A DNA stretch of 63,217 nucleotides, filler included, from Octopus bimaculoides (taxonomy: Eukaryota): the NCBI RefSeq assembly GCF_001194135.2. It is 6 parts of 6 records of this genome, joined end to end, with 100 filler letters (N's around TTAATTAATTAA, not from the genome) between each part and the next. Parts side by side here need not be neighbours in the genome. Positions count along the whole stretch, not along the records: positions 30,974 to 53,229 come from NC_068988.1; 5 more parts are not named here. The stretch is one strand, 5' to 3'. Shown here piece by piece: positions 39,949 to 52,673 of this stretch. Under the pieces are notes generated by a model. The model worked only from the letters and a program-made list of their open reading frames with translations, was not told where the DNA came from and did no database searches. The position numbers and the translations under genes are program-made. Every line of letters begins with the position of its first letter. Position 1 is the first letter of the stretch.

Positions 39949-40165
39949 GGCGGTGAGCTGGCAGAAACGTTAACACTCCGGGCGAAATGCTTAGCTGTAA
40001 TTCATCTCCCTTACGTTCTGAGTTCAAATTCTGCCGAGGTCGACTTTGCCTTTCATCCCTTTCGGGGTCAATAAATTAAGTACCAGTTACGCACTGGGAT
40101 CGATGTAATCGACTTAATTACCTTGTTTGTCCCCGCTATGTTTAGACCCTTGTGGGCAATAGAAA
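39949..40165 (+). mobile_element. SINE family B1
   Basis: Collinear with 29837-30070. Confidence 0.9.
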
Positions 40166-40481
40166 AATAAATATTAATTTGTCTTCGGTACGAAACAAAG
40201 AACTTCTGGGCCAAGGGGAAAGAGATGTCGAGACGTTCATTATTTCTCAGGAGAGAAGATCATTCTTCATAGACAATAGATTGTATGTTTGGTGCGCACA
40301 CGTGTGTGTGTGTTTGTGTGTGCGTGCGTGCGTGATTGTCTAAAAACTGAGTTGGAAATGATTCGCAATCACACTTAACGTTTCATATCAGATTGTGTAT
40401 AGAGTGATCCGACATGTAACGTTCAGTCCAAGAGTGATCGACGGGACGCCCATCGCTGGGAAACCTCGTTAGAATGCTCAC

Positions 40482-40847
40482 CTGCCAGATACTGTGAAAG
40501 CGTTGCTGATGTGGACATTCTCAGAAGTGAAAGTCTACTGGTGTGTGACGCACTAAAGCCGATCCTCAGTAAATCTGGCTTTATGGGAAATGTATGGATG
40601 GTTGCTGACAGGAGGGAAACATTGAAAGTACTAAAAGAGGTGACATCGACCAGAGCTTCCATTACTTTTGTAATATTAGAAGTGATGACACCTGCAGCTT
40701 TAATCGTGTTAGTTTTTAAGAGAGAAAGGCTGAAATTTTTAATGCGAATGAGAGTCATTTGGTGAACACATTGTTTGAGGGGGATAGCAAGTTCATCGTC
40801 AGAATCGATGATGTTGTTCGGTGGAATGATCGGGGAGGACTTTACAC
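40482..40847 (-). CDS. candidate internal coding exon (122 codons, phase 1-1) of an unidentified, possibly extracellular protein
   Basis: Acceptor atcaccag| at 40849-40848, donor gcag|gtgagc at 40481; 366 nt open frame (G)VKSSPIIPPNNIIDSDDELAIPLKQCVHQMTLIRIKNFSL...MSTSATLSQYLA; sequons NFS, NIT, NVS; non-repetitive sequence. Confidence 0.45.
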
Positions 40848-42464
40848 CTGGTGATTATGTGCATAATCTGCTACAAATTGTTTGTAAGAACGAAATATCA
40901 GCAACGAGTGGCTTCGAGAACAGTTTCGGTCCTTTTATTTATAACTCGATATAAAATCAAGGTTTCAGAAAAGTTATAGCCAACTAGTTCTACTAAATTT
41001 TATTATTGATATTTATTTTATGAAGACGAAGTTGATGAATGGTGAAGTCAGCTTCCTTTGAACTAAAACAAAATGCTATAAAATATTTTGTCTTTTTCTA
41101 CCATTTCTGCGAATAATGTTACTAAATTTATTATAGCAAATCATTAATAATACTGAGCCGCTGAGGGTTATGGATAGCGCTTGCTGATTTCCATGCCATC
41201 CAACTCGTTTGGTTGGTCTTATATTGGATGGTGTTGGCCTGTTTGTCTGAGGGAGAAAAGTGGGTTACACAGAGAAAATAAATATATATATTTGTATTAT
41301 AAATGTATGCAAGAAGGGGTTGTAAGAGAACAGTGGAGATGGCTTCCTTTTTTAATATTCATTCTCAGAAAATAAAAATATTACATCAAAGTAGCTCTTT
41401 TCCTTATCTACTTATCTCTTTCTCCCATACGGTTTTGATCAATTTATTTTTCGACATTACCATATAACATTCCTATCTCACTTTAGTTTCTGTACGTATT
41501 TATTGTGTCAGGTATTAGTAATATATAGCCTACCTACCCACAGAAAAAAACCCGACCTTTTTGTTATACAACAAACATAGCAAAAAATACTTTTTTCTCA
41601 CACTTATTCCCTGTATAACTCAGTACGGTTACAAACAACAGTAACTTGTTCCTCTTCATTCTATCGACGTGTTGTAAAGATATGGGCGACTTACACTTCT
41701 GCCCGTATCTTTACAACACGTTCATGTCTTTATCAATCCATGTATTTATCTATATCTATCAATACCTATCAATATTTATGTATCAATCTAGTTACCTATA
41801 TATTTATTATCAACGTTTCAAATATAATCTGTCTCAAATTCTTCTCATATTCTTCAGTTTTTTCTCTCCTTCAACCTCTCTTACTGTCGCCTGTCTCCCT
41901 GCTAACGTTCTTTCTGTTCTGTTTTTCTTGTTTTCTTTCTTAATCTGGAGCCTTTAAAAGCACATAATCTGCTCGTTAATCACGAAGAGCAAGTTGCATG
42001 GCGTATGATTATGTCTTGATAGACATCTAAATTCAATGTTAATGGTTAAATAATAATTATTAAGTGATGTTACAGTTTGTTTGCTGCTACTTCACCATTC
42101 TTCAAATAAAAATTGTAAGAAAGGTAAATGATAGCAGCCAAGTGCATTGGAAGATATCGTAACATAAACAACAGCACCGCAGTAAAGAGAAGTGAAGAGA
42201 CACAGAGAATGGGAACAATGATAATAGCGCAGGAAAAGGAAATGAAAAAAGTAACGGAGGAGAGAGAGACTAGAAAGACCCTTTTTTTTTTAAAGTCTGA
42301 AAGAAAAAAAATTACAGAAAGAAAAAATAATGAATTCTAGGAAAGGGCGAGAACTTAAAGACACAAATTAAGAGAAATGAAGCCAGACTCACAAGTGGTG
42401 TTGCCAACAAATATAGGGAGGGAGTTTAAAAAAAAGAAGTAATAATAATAACAATCCTTTCTAC

Positions 42465-42630
42465 TAAAGGTTTCTGATTTAGGCCAGCAATTTTGAGGGT
42501 TGGTGGCAGGTCCATTATATCGAACGCAGTACTTTACTGGCATTTTCTTTTACCGACACCGGAGGGATGAGAGATAAAAATTTCTTCAGCGGGGTTCGAA
42601 CTCGGGACGTGAAGAGCCAGAACGAATACC
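42465..42630 (-). mobile_element. SINE family B2, diverged
   Basis: aggccagcaattttgaggg...ggggttcgaactc. Confidence 0.65.
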
Positions 42631-42639
42631 ACAAAAAAG

Positions 42640-42985
42640 TGGCACTTTGAGCGAATGTCTTCTACTACAACTGCAAGGCTGACCAAAGCTTGTAAGTGGA
42701 TTTTGTAGACGAAAAGAAACCCGTTGTGTGTGTGTATGTATATATATATATATATATATTTGTGTGTGTGCATGTGTGTGTGTGTGTCCGCCATCACTTC
42801 ACGACCGATGCTGGTGTACTTATGTCCCTCGTATCTTCGTGGTTCGGCAAAAGAGACCGATAGAATAAGTACTAGAATTACAAAGAATAAGTCCTGGGGT
42901 CGATTTCTTCGACTAACACCTTTTAAAGGCAGTGCTCCAGCATGGCTGCAGTCAAATGATTGATACAAGTAAAAGAGTAAAAGAG
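42640..42985 (+). mobile_element. SINE family D
   Basis: Both halves with internal (GT)/(AT) tract. Confidence 0.85.
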
Positions 42986-43884
42986 TATATATATAATTAT
43001 ATAATTGCATTTTCCTAGGATTATTACATACATATACATACACATAAATAGGTAGACAGATAGATAGATACGTATGTACATGCATACGTATGTTTGTATA
43101 TGTACATATATCCGTATGCATATACTCTCTGTATCTTTATGAAAATATTACATGAGAATATTTTGTCGACACCATCAATATGGCGGTGGTCTACATTTAA
43201 TCCATTAGACAAGTCAACACCTGGGGCAATTTGTTAAGTTTACTCTTTGCCCCCATGAATGTCTAGACAGAAATATAGTTTGTTTTTTCAAGGGAATGTT
43301 TTGCATCTGCTAAAATGATATCCAAACGTTAGAATTTATTCTTCTCACTCATCACGAATTGATGTTGTTCGTTTTGTTGTTGTTTATCCCAAAGTTAGCA
43401 CTGATCCGAGAGAGCTATGATCAGAATTATCTGCAACTGTGAGCATTTCGTCGTTCTTCTAACATACTGTATCACCCTGTTTTTATTCAACGTATTGGTT
43501 TGTCAGATAAATTCGTTCGGTTTTTTCCTACTTAACACTCCATCGTTTTATGCTTAGAAAGAGCTAAAATTTGTTCAAATTTCGGAAACGATAAACAAAA
43601 AGTTGTGGAGAAGGTAAAGAGCTACAGAAAAGTATAAAACACGACGTTTTTCTAAACAATTTCAATAACAATTATTAATAACTTACCAAGCCTCTGGGTT
43701 TGTTTACAAATATATATGCAATTCTAGACAGTTAAGTATCCAAACATAAAATTTGACGGAAATTTATGGATGAATGTTGTGTCTCAATTGGATGCACAAG
43801 TAGCCATGTTAGCGTTGATTTGTAGGTTCGATTCTAGCTGGAGTTAGCTTAACATTTTTCAGTTAAATGTCGCTTTAATCGGAG

Positions 43885-43916
<32 letters not shown>

Positions 43917-43918
<2 letters not shown>

Positions 43919-44625
43919 AATTAAAAGAAGAGTGCCATTTGCTATCTCGTGAACAATATTTCGACATCTTGCGTGTCTTCCACTGGTTCAAAAAATAAAT
44001 TTGTCAATCTACTTCATTTTCGTTTATATAGAAAGGATTGAGGTAACTCCTCCTGAAGATATAGTGTCAAAATTAAAAGAAGAGTGCCAATTTTGACACT
44101 ATATCTTCAGGAGGAGTTACCTCAATCCTTTCTATATAAATAAAAAAAAATNNNNNNNNNNNNNNNNNNNNNNNNNNNNNNNNNNNNNNNNNNNNNNNNN
44201 NNNNNNNNNNNNNNNNNNNNNNNNNNNNNNNNNNNNNNNNNNNNNNNNNNNNNNNNNNNNNNNNNNNNNNNNNNNNNNNNNNNNNNNNNNNNNNNNNNNN
44301 NNNNNNNNNNNNNNNNNNNNNNNNNNNNNNNNNNNNNNNNNNNNNNNNNNNNNNNNNNNNNNNNNNNNNNNNNNNNNNNNNNNNNNNNNNNNNNNNNNAC
44401 TCTTCTTTTAATTTTGACACTATATCTTCAGGAGGAGTTACCTCAATCCTTTCTATATAAACGAAAATGAAGTAGATTGACAAATTTATTTTTTGAACCA
44501 GTGGAAGACACGCAAGATGTCGAAATATTGTTCACGAGATAGCAAATGGCACTCTTCTTTTAATTTTGACACTATATCTTCAGGAGGAGTTACCTCAATC
44601 CTTTCTATATAAATAAAAAAAAATA
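43917..44625. repeat. 152-bp tandem repeat in opposite orientations around a gap (foldback or mis-assembly)
   Basis: Unit starts at 43917 and 44069 on +; reverse-complement copies at 44089-44151 and 44399-44622. Confidence 0.9.
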
Positions 44626-45057
44626 AATAAAATAAAAAATATTATTATTATTATTATTATTATTATATAGTTATTATCATATAAATATGACTTTAGTTGT
44701 CACTTTTTCTGTGTAACTTATCAAGCTAAATTATATATATTTAGATATAGTATATAAATTGCAGACTGTTTGGGTTTTCATACGAGTATCTCCTACAAAA
44801 CAAATACGCGTTTACTGAATTTGAAGCCTAACGGTCAAAAAGATTTTGGCAGAAAGACCGAGATGAATTCAACCAAAATATAAAAGTTAATTCGGTTTAT
44901 GCAAAAATGAGACTGTGATGATCTGGAGTCGTCGAATATGAATTTAGGAATTTTTATCCTCCAACACTAAAAAAAAATTTGAAAATACGAAAAACCTAAA
45001 ATAAAAACAAAAATATAATACTTAAACACAGTTGTGTGTTTATTGCAACGTACGTAT

Positions 45058-45378
45058 ACCTACATACATATGCATACCTACATACATACATACATACCTA
45101 CATACATACATACATACATACATACATACCTACATACATACATACATACATGCATACATACCTACATACATACATACATACCTACATACATACATACATA
45201 CATACATACCTACCTACATACATACATACATACATACATACCTACATACATACATACATACATACATACCTACATACATACATACATACATACATACCTA
45301 CATACATACATACATACATGCATACATACATACATACATACATACCTACATACATACATACATACATACATACATACA
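45058..45378. repeat. (TACA)n microsatellite with TACC variants
   Basis: Direct reading. Confidence 0.97.
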
Positions 45379-45708
45379 AACATAAGCTGATATATCATAT
45401 ATACATATATGTGAGTGCGTACGTGCTTGAGTGTTATATTGTTGTAAAGCGTCCGGTTAAGCCAAATGTCTGCATCCAGTAAACATTGCCATTTGCAAGA
45501 CAATTGACCGAGCTTAAATTAATGTAAATTTCTATATTTATATCATGTATTGAGTACAAAATTTGGAAGAGGTGCACTACGACTGAACAAAATTCAAGAT
45601 ATATATATATATACAGAGAGAGGGGGAGGGGAGGGAAAGAGAAAGAGAGATACATGCTTGTATACATATAGATAGAACTGTATATACATACGCACGCATT
45701 TGAGTATG

Positions 45709-45802
<94 letters not shown>

Positions 45803-46509
45803 GCCTATAAATGTACATGTGATAAATTTATGAAACAAAATGCAAAAATGCCTTTAAAAAAAGGCGAATGAAATTTTCTTCGTAAAATCTTGGACTGAAG
45901 CACTACGGTGAACATGTCACGGCTGGTGATGAGTGGAACAACATTAATCTAACATCTACTAACATCTACTAAAATTAAACAAAATAACTTAACTATCACA
46001 GATGGTTCTCTTTCTAACTGGATACTCCTTCTATGTCGTGTGTAATCACCTAATGACATTTAGTAAACCGCTAAAAACGCAGTTCTTCGAGTACTTAACT
46101 GTCAAACGGAAACTGACGCATTTTATTCCATTGAAAAGTGTGAATCGAACCCAGATGTCATAGTGTTTGAAGAAAGCACTTCCTTATAAACGACCGCCTC
46201 TACTCTATATTACTCTCTTCTGTTTTTTTCGCATACCATTTCTAACGTTGTTGTTTAACTTCTGTTTTTGTGAATCAGTTTCATTGCTCAACCTACCCTT
46301 GTACTGTTTGTATATTACACAATTTTTTCAATCTTCCCATCATTTGTATAAATATTATACTTATAGCGGTCAATTGAGTAAAGTTCCAAGAGGGCTAAAC
46401 CCTATTCTCTCTCATATCTTCACAAAATGGTGATTATGTAAATGAGACGTGGCGAAATATCAATTTAAGTTGATCATTTCTTTAAAATCGACGGAGCGAC
46501 TCAGCTAGA

Positions 46510-46860
46510 AACAGCATAGGTGTGGCTGTGTGATAAGAAATTTGCGTCCGAACTACATGGTTCTGGGTTCAGCTCACTGCGTGGTATCTTGGGCAAGTGT
46601 ATTCTTGTATTGTGTCGGGCCGACACAATGTTAGAGGATTTTATAGACAGAAACTGAAAGAAGCCCGTCCTATATTTATGTGTGTGTGTGTGTGTGTGTG
46701 TATGAGCGTGTGCTTGTCCGTGTGCGTGCGTGCGTGCGTGCGTGCGTGTGTGTGTGTCTATGTGCTCCTCTCCCACCATCGCTTGGCAACCGGTATTGGT
46801 TTATATCCCCGTAACTTAGCGGTTCGGCGTAAGACACCAACAGCATAAGTATCACGTTTA
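46510..46860 (+). mobile_element. SINE family D
   Basis: Collinear with 47833-48206. Confidence 0.85.
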
Positions 46861-46932
46861 AAAGGATTAAATAAATTTAAAACTAATATTTCTATATAAG
46901 TCTTTCTATTCTAATATTTTTTTCTCCTTAAA

Positions 46933-47155
46933 GGGGCGAGGTAAGAGAATCGTTAGCGTGTCGAACAAAATGCCTAGCGACATTTATTCCCGTTGTATAC
47001 ATTCTGAATTCAAATTGCAACGAGTTCGATTTGGCCTTTTATCCTTTCGGAATCGATAAAATAAGTGCCATTTGACCACTGAGATTGATGTAGTTGATTT
47101 ACTGCCACCACCATCCCTGAATTTCCTAGCCTTGGGCCAGAATTTGAAACCACTG
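46933..47155 (+). mobile_element. SINE family B2, diverged
   Basis: gaatcgttagcg...ctgaattcaaatt...atcctttcggaatcgataaaataagtgcca. Confidence 0.75.
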
Positions 47156-47832
47156 TTGTGCTTCTCCTTCGTGAGACTCTAAAGTTATATTTTTTTCACT
47201 AACATTTTCAAGTCAATCCAGAATGCAAATCCGAATTAGACCATAAGTCTTCACGGTAGTGTATGTTTTCATGGGCAGATAACTCAACAGTGCTTGTCTC
47301 TCTCCAAGTATGGTTGACAGTTTTTTTCACCGCGAGTATCTTTGATCATTGGAAAGATCAAATTTTATAATTCTGCTTCGTTCCCACATGCCCACCGCAC
47401 CCGGTAAATTGGAAATAGCTCAGCCGACAACCACCCAACCATCAGAAAAAATCATACGACGGTTACAATGGTGTCGGCAATAAGTGGAATCTGACCATTC
47501 TTTTGCTTAAAATTTCGTTCATTCCATATTTCCATGTGTCATTCCCCCGCCCCACTCACACACACACCATCACAAATACATGCATACGCGCGCGCACAAC
47601 ACACACACAATTTATCGATGACCAATCACTTTCTAGAGACACAACTAACAGAGTTGTGAGGTTTCTTCCATTTGTCAAGAGATCGATGATTCACGTCTGG
47701 TATTAAGATATTGATCTGGTGTTGGATCAATACACAGGACTAAATATTGATTCTACTGTGATTAATATAATCCAGTACTGTTTTGTACTCGAAAGAAGAA
47801 AGCTGCTTTTTAATTGGTTGGAAGTATATTAC

Positions 47833-48206
47833 TAGGCGCAGGAGTAGCTGTGAGGTAAGAAGCTTGCTTACCAGCCACATGGTTCCGGGTTCAGTCCCAC
47901 TGCGTAGCACTTTGGGCAAGTGTCTTCTACTATAGCCTCGGGCCCACCAAAGCCTTGTGAGTGGATTTGGTAGACGGAAACTGAAAGAAGCTCGTCGTAT
48001 ATATGTGTGTGTGTGTGTGTTCGTTGTTTGTGTCTGTGTTTGTCCCCCACCATCGCTTGACAACCGTCAATTAGCGGTTCGGCAAAAAGGGACCGATAAA
48101 ATAAGTATTAGGCTTACAAAGAATAAGTCCTGGGGTCGATTTATTCGACTAAAGGTGGTGCTCCAGCATGGCCGCAGTCACACGACTGAAACAAGTAAAA
48201 GAGTAC
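47833..48206 (+). mobile_element. near full-length SINE family D (tRNA-like head, CORE-like segment, internal microsatellite)
   Basis: aggcgcaggagtagctgtgaggtaag...gggttcagtcccactgcg...ttgggcaagtgtcttc...(GT)n...ccagcatggccgcagtc...aagtaaaagag. Confidence 0.92.
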
Positions 48207-50856
48207 TATGACTAAAAGGAAGTAATTATTAAAGTCTACGCTGACGTGACAATTCTTTAGATTTCTAATTTTAATATATTTTTAACAAAATGTGGTTTTC
48301 AATTTCTTTTACTGTTGAAGATTTCAACAACAGAGAACGAATTCCTTGCGATGAAATAAGTACCAGTTGAGCAGTGAGGTCAATGTAATCGACTAGCACC
48401 CTACTACAAAATGTCTGGCTTTGAGCCAAAATTTGACACTAATCTGTTAGAAAATGGTACCGAATAGGGATCCTATAGACTCTTCTGGATCAGAGTATTA
48501 CCTTCTTTGGTATTGTAATGTACAAATTATGCATAGTAATTATTACCTAAAAACACATTTACTGCTTGAATAAGTTTTTTCTTTCTGGTGGTATTTGCTG
48601 ATGTTATTGGCTTCCATATTAGTCAGTTTGTGGTTTGTTTATATTAAAATCATTTGTCTGTTTATCATTAAAAAAACGTCCATGTACAGAGAGTACACTA
48701 CTTCTCTAATACACACTCAATGCCTTACAGCAATCACAAAAGGAAAAAATCATTGAAGACCATTTGGTTGTCATTTCCGTAGCATCTTAGCAATGATATA
48801 TTTTTAGGGGGGAAAAAGCAAGGAAAAATAATGTAAAGATTTAGAATTTGCTGACAAAGCATGAAGCTGGGACGTTTTGTTTTTGTTCAACAAAAAGCTA
48901 TCTATCATTCTACGCTTAACAATTCAATCTGGTGTTATTTAATAATGGGTTAACAAGGAAGGGGTAGTCATGTGTATTGTTGTAAGACAGGATGTTGTTG
49001 CTTGCAGTTATAATAGGTCCAAAGTATATTGTTAACTCTCTCACATACAAACCAAATGAATATAAAGTTGTTACAAATTTTAAAAAGATTTGGCTTTGTT
49101 TTTTTATCAATAATCTTGTTATCTGAAGTGTTGATTAAAACGGTAGTCAAACTGTAAAGCAGTTTATAGTAACTAGAGATGCACCTTAAAACTATTTAAA
49201 AGCGATTTAGATACCAACATCTTACTCTGACTGGTATTACCCCAAACCAGCTCCAGTTATGAAACGGAACTTGGTCATTCAAACATGGTAAACAAACCAA
49301 GGTAATTCACAAGTATTTTCTTTTATAAAAAAGAAGTCGAGAGGTGTTGAAACCGGGCGACCACTTGTCCTCAACGATCTTATATTTACCAACATCGCAA
49401 TGTCTGAAGCTGAATACGAACCCACGACCTTATGGTATAAACAGAGGCTTCATGACGTAATAATTTCTCAGGAATTGGCATTGATCTGGAAGAAATGGTC
49501 GACTGCTTTGCAGTATATTATCACCTTACGTTTGACAATAAACCCTTGTCCGGATCAATTTTGCTTCGAGTGTCTACTGGTTGTATGATATAAGGGTGTG
49601 GGTATGAAGATATGGTGAAGAAGTCCAATTCAGAACCACGTAATACCAGAACCGATTTCAATGCTAGGCACCAGAGACAAATGTCTACTACCACAGTCTT
49701 GGATTGACTAGAATCCTGAGGCTGAAATGTGGTGTAGAAAATTCTGCAGAAACTGGTTGACAAGAGCATAACTGAAGATTATTAATGATTTCTAGTCGGA
49801 ACGGTATATTAAACTCAGAATAAGACATCAGATGATGATCGGAGATCAATAAATTAAAAATGTAGAGTAGATACATTGTAAATATATATTTTATGATAAT
49901 AGTTAATAATCCAGAGGGTTATAGTCTCCTTTTAATCTTTTTCTATCGCATAAAATGCTTTGGTTTCTTTACTGAAGAATTGCTAGGCTCTTTTCTCTTT
50001 ACTGGATGTTTTATGTGGTACATAACGGGGTGGTACCTTTGTAAACCTGTCAGCAGCACATCTTTTATACCTGGACAGAAGCATTGGTCTCTGACTCGGA
50101 CACATCTTTCTGGTATATGAGGCAGGAAAATCCTATTTGGACAATAGCTCAAAAGGTGATGACAAGATGCGTGGCGTATCTAGGACACTCTCTTCACAGT
50201 ATACAGGGCTTGCAGCCAACCCCGTAAAAGGGACTGGGATCCCATAATGCACCTGTGAATGCACCCGTAGTAAATCATGGATCTATGCTTAACCGAATGG
50301 AGATCCTTGATATTGAACCAGCTGAGAGAAGATGACACCTGACGAAGAGAAGATTTTTTTTTTACTGTAGAATCACAGGGCTTATTTAAATGTTATAGAT
50401 TTTTGGTGCCAGTCTGAGTAATCCGTTCACTCGATGATTATTTCATCCGGCAGACAGCCATAAAAAGTCGTTCCCTTTTCTTTGCTTTGCCCTAATCTTG
50501 GAAACCATGCTAAGACCATGGACGCTGACTTCCTTTATCTGATTAAGACATAAAAATAGATAAAGTTTTTAAAAACAAATGAAATACAAAATTACTTTCC
50601 TTGACAAATATTCAGAATAAGGGTCAGCCATCTTTTTAGGCTGGCCCCTGTAATTTAATTATTTTCCTCAAAAGCTAATTCTGGAATTCGTAAATGCGAA
50701 ATTATGATTTGAGAATTGAAATTATGAAAAACTAGCATTGTAAAGATTTAAGAAAAGTTAGAAATCTTTGGCAGAAAAATATCCTGCCAATTATTTAAAG
50801 GATGCCTGCAGATGAGTGAGTGTATGTATGTGTATATATATATATATTTTTTTTTC

Positions 50857-50912
50857 TAACAAAACTGTCCGATGAACGGGAACGTGAAACTCAGAGTAAC
50901 AGTTTTTTGTTA
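50857..50912 (+). ncRNA. minimal type I hammerhead ribozyme (U4C variant), Penelope/retrozyme type
   Basis: Stem I aaaactgt/acagtttt (extended taac/gtta); core ccgatga; stem II acg-ggaa-cgt; gaaa; stem III actc-a-gagt; cleavage triplet GUA (50896-50898). Confidence 0.75.
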
Positions 50913-52235
50913 TATATCTGCTGCCTTTAAATAAAGTATATATATATATATATATATATNNNNNNNNNNNNNNNNNNNNNNNNNNNNNNNNNNNNNNNNN
51001 NNNNNNNNNNNNNNNNNNNNNNNNNNNNNNNNNNNNNNNNNNNNNNNNNNNNNNNNNNNNNNNNNNNNNNNNNNNNNNNNNNNNNNNNNNNNNNNNNNNN
51101 NNNNNNNNNNNNNNNNNNNNNNNNNNNNNNNNNNNNNNNNNNNNNNNNNNNNNNNNNNNNNNNNNNNNNNNNNNNNNNNNNNNNNNNNNNNNNNNNNNNN
51201 NNNNNNNNNNNNNNNNNNNNNNNNNNNNNNNNNNNNNNNNNNNNNNNNNNNNNNNNNNNNNNNNNNNNNNNNNNNNNNNNNNNNNNNNNNNNNNNNNNNN
51301 NNNNNNNNNNNNNNNNNNNNNNNNNNNNNNNNNNNNNNNNNNNNNNNNNNNNNNNNNNNNNNNNNNNNNNNNNNNNNNNNNNNNNNNNNNNNNNNNNNNN
51401 NNNNNNNNNNNNNNNNNNNNNNNNNNNNNNNNNNNNNNNNNNNNNNNNNNNNNNNNATATATATATATATATATATATAATCTTCTATTTACTTAACATC
51501 GAGGTCTCATTCTTTTGTTGTTACTTTATTATATATATGCATGTATGTCTGATGTGCATATCTATATATGTGTGTTTTTATGGATGCATATGTTATGTAC
51601 GTGGGTATATGTGCGTGTGTATGTGTGTGTGTGCATGTTTGTGTCAATCTATATGCATGTGTTATGAAACTGTATGTGCAAACAGGTGCATACATGCATA
51701 TATGTAAAAAAAAGTGACTTGAACTTACAATGAAATAGGTTCTGTTTCTTTCCCGTCAGCTGTAATCTTGTGGAATCCAAACGAAACACATTTCCCATAA
51801 TTTCGATGACACGACGAAATAATTGGCGCAAATCGCACTCGGCCATAACGAATCAAACAGAACCTGCTTATTTTTTTATATCGATTCAATACGTTTGGTT
51901 ATTTTTTTTTATTTATGGAAATGCGAACAACAAGTTTACTTTGCAAAATGAACATCAGGTGAACAGAAGGGAATATGTCAGCTTGTTGATTGCTTTACCG
52001 TTCATTCAGCACAGGTCTTTTACATCAGGTAACCAAATATGTTTTTGTCACTGACAACATGTCCGTTCTGCGCTAATAAGTTTGTTTAAACGAACCAGCA
52101 GTGCTCTACTCATTCGATACACGTGATCTCAGTTAACAAAATATTCTCATTCCTTAGAAATAATTTCATAAATATTGTGTCTACTCGCTGAGTATGTGCT
52201 CTCTCACACTATCTGTCTATACACACACACAAGCA

Positions 52236-52274
<39 letters not shown>

Positions 52275-52586
52275 NNNNNNNNNNACACACACACACACAC
52301 ACACGCACATATGCAGAGAGAGAGGGAGAGATAGATATAGATAAATACATATAACTGTATAACTATATGTGCGTGTGTCTGTATATGTTTGCGTGTGTAT
52401 ATGAATGTATATATACATATATATACATATATATAATATGTATATATCATATTCTGTGGCGACTAGTAGGCAAAACATATATATAAATATATATATATAT
52501 GTATATGTATATATATATATGTAAAATATATATCATATATTTATATATATATACATATATACATACATATATACATATATACATAC

Positions 52587-52673
<87 letters not shown>

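Noticed and set aside
43917-44625. CRISPR-like array
   Set aside because: Eukaryotic context, 152-bp units with no unique spacers, no cas genes
49400-50350. Short ORFs in a higher-complexity block
   Set aside because: Frequent stops and no recognisable motif; probably an old decayed LINE but not supportable
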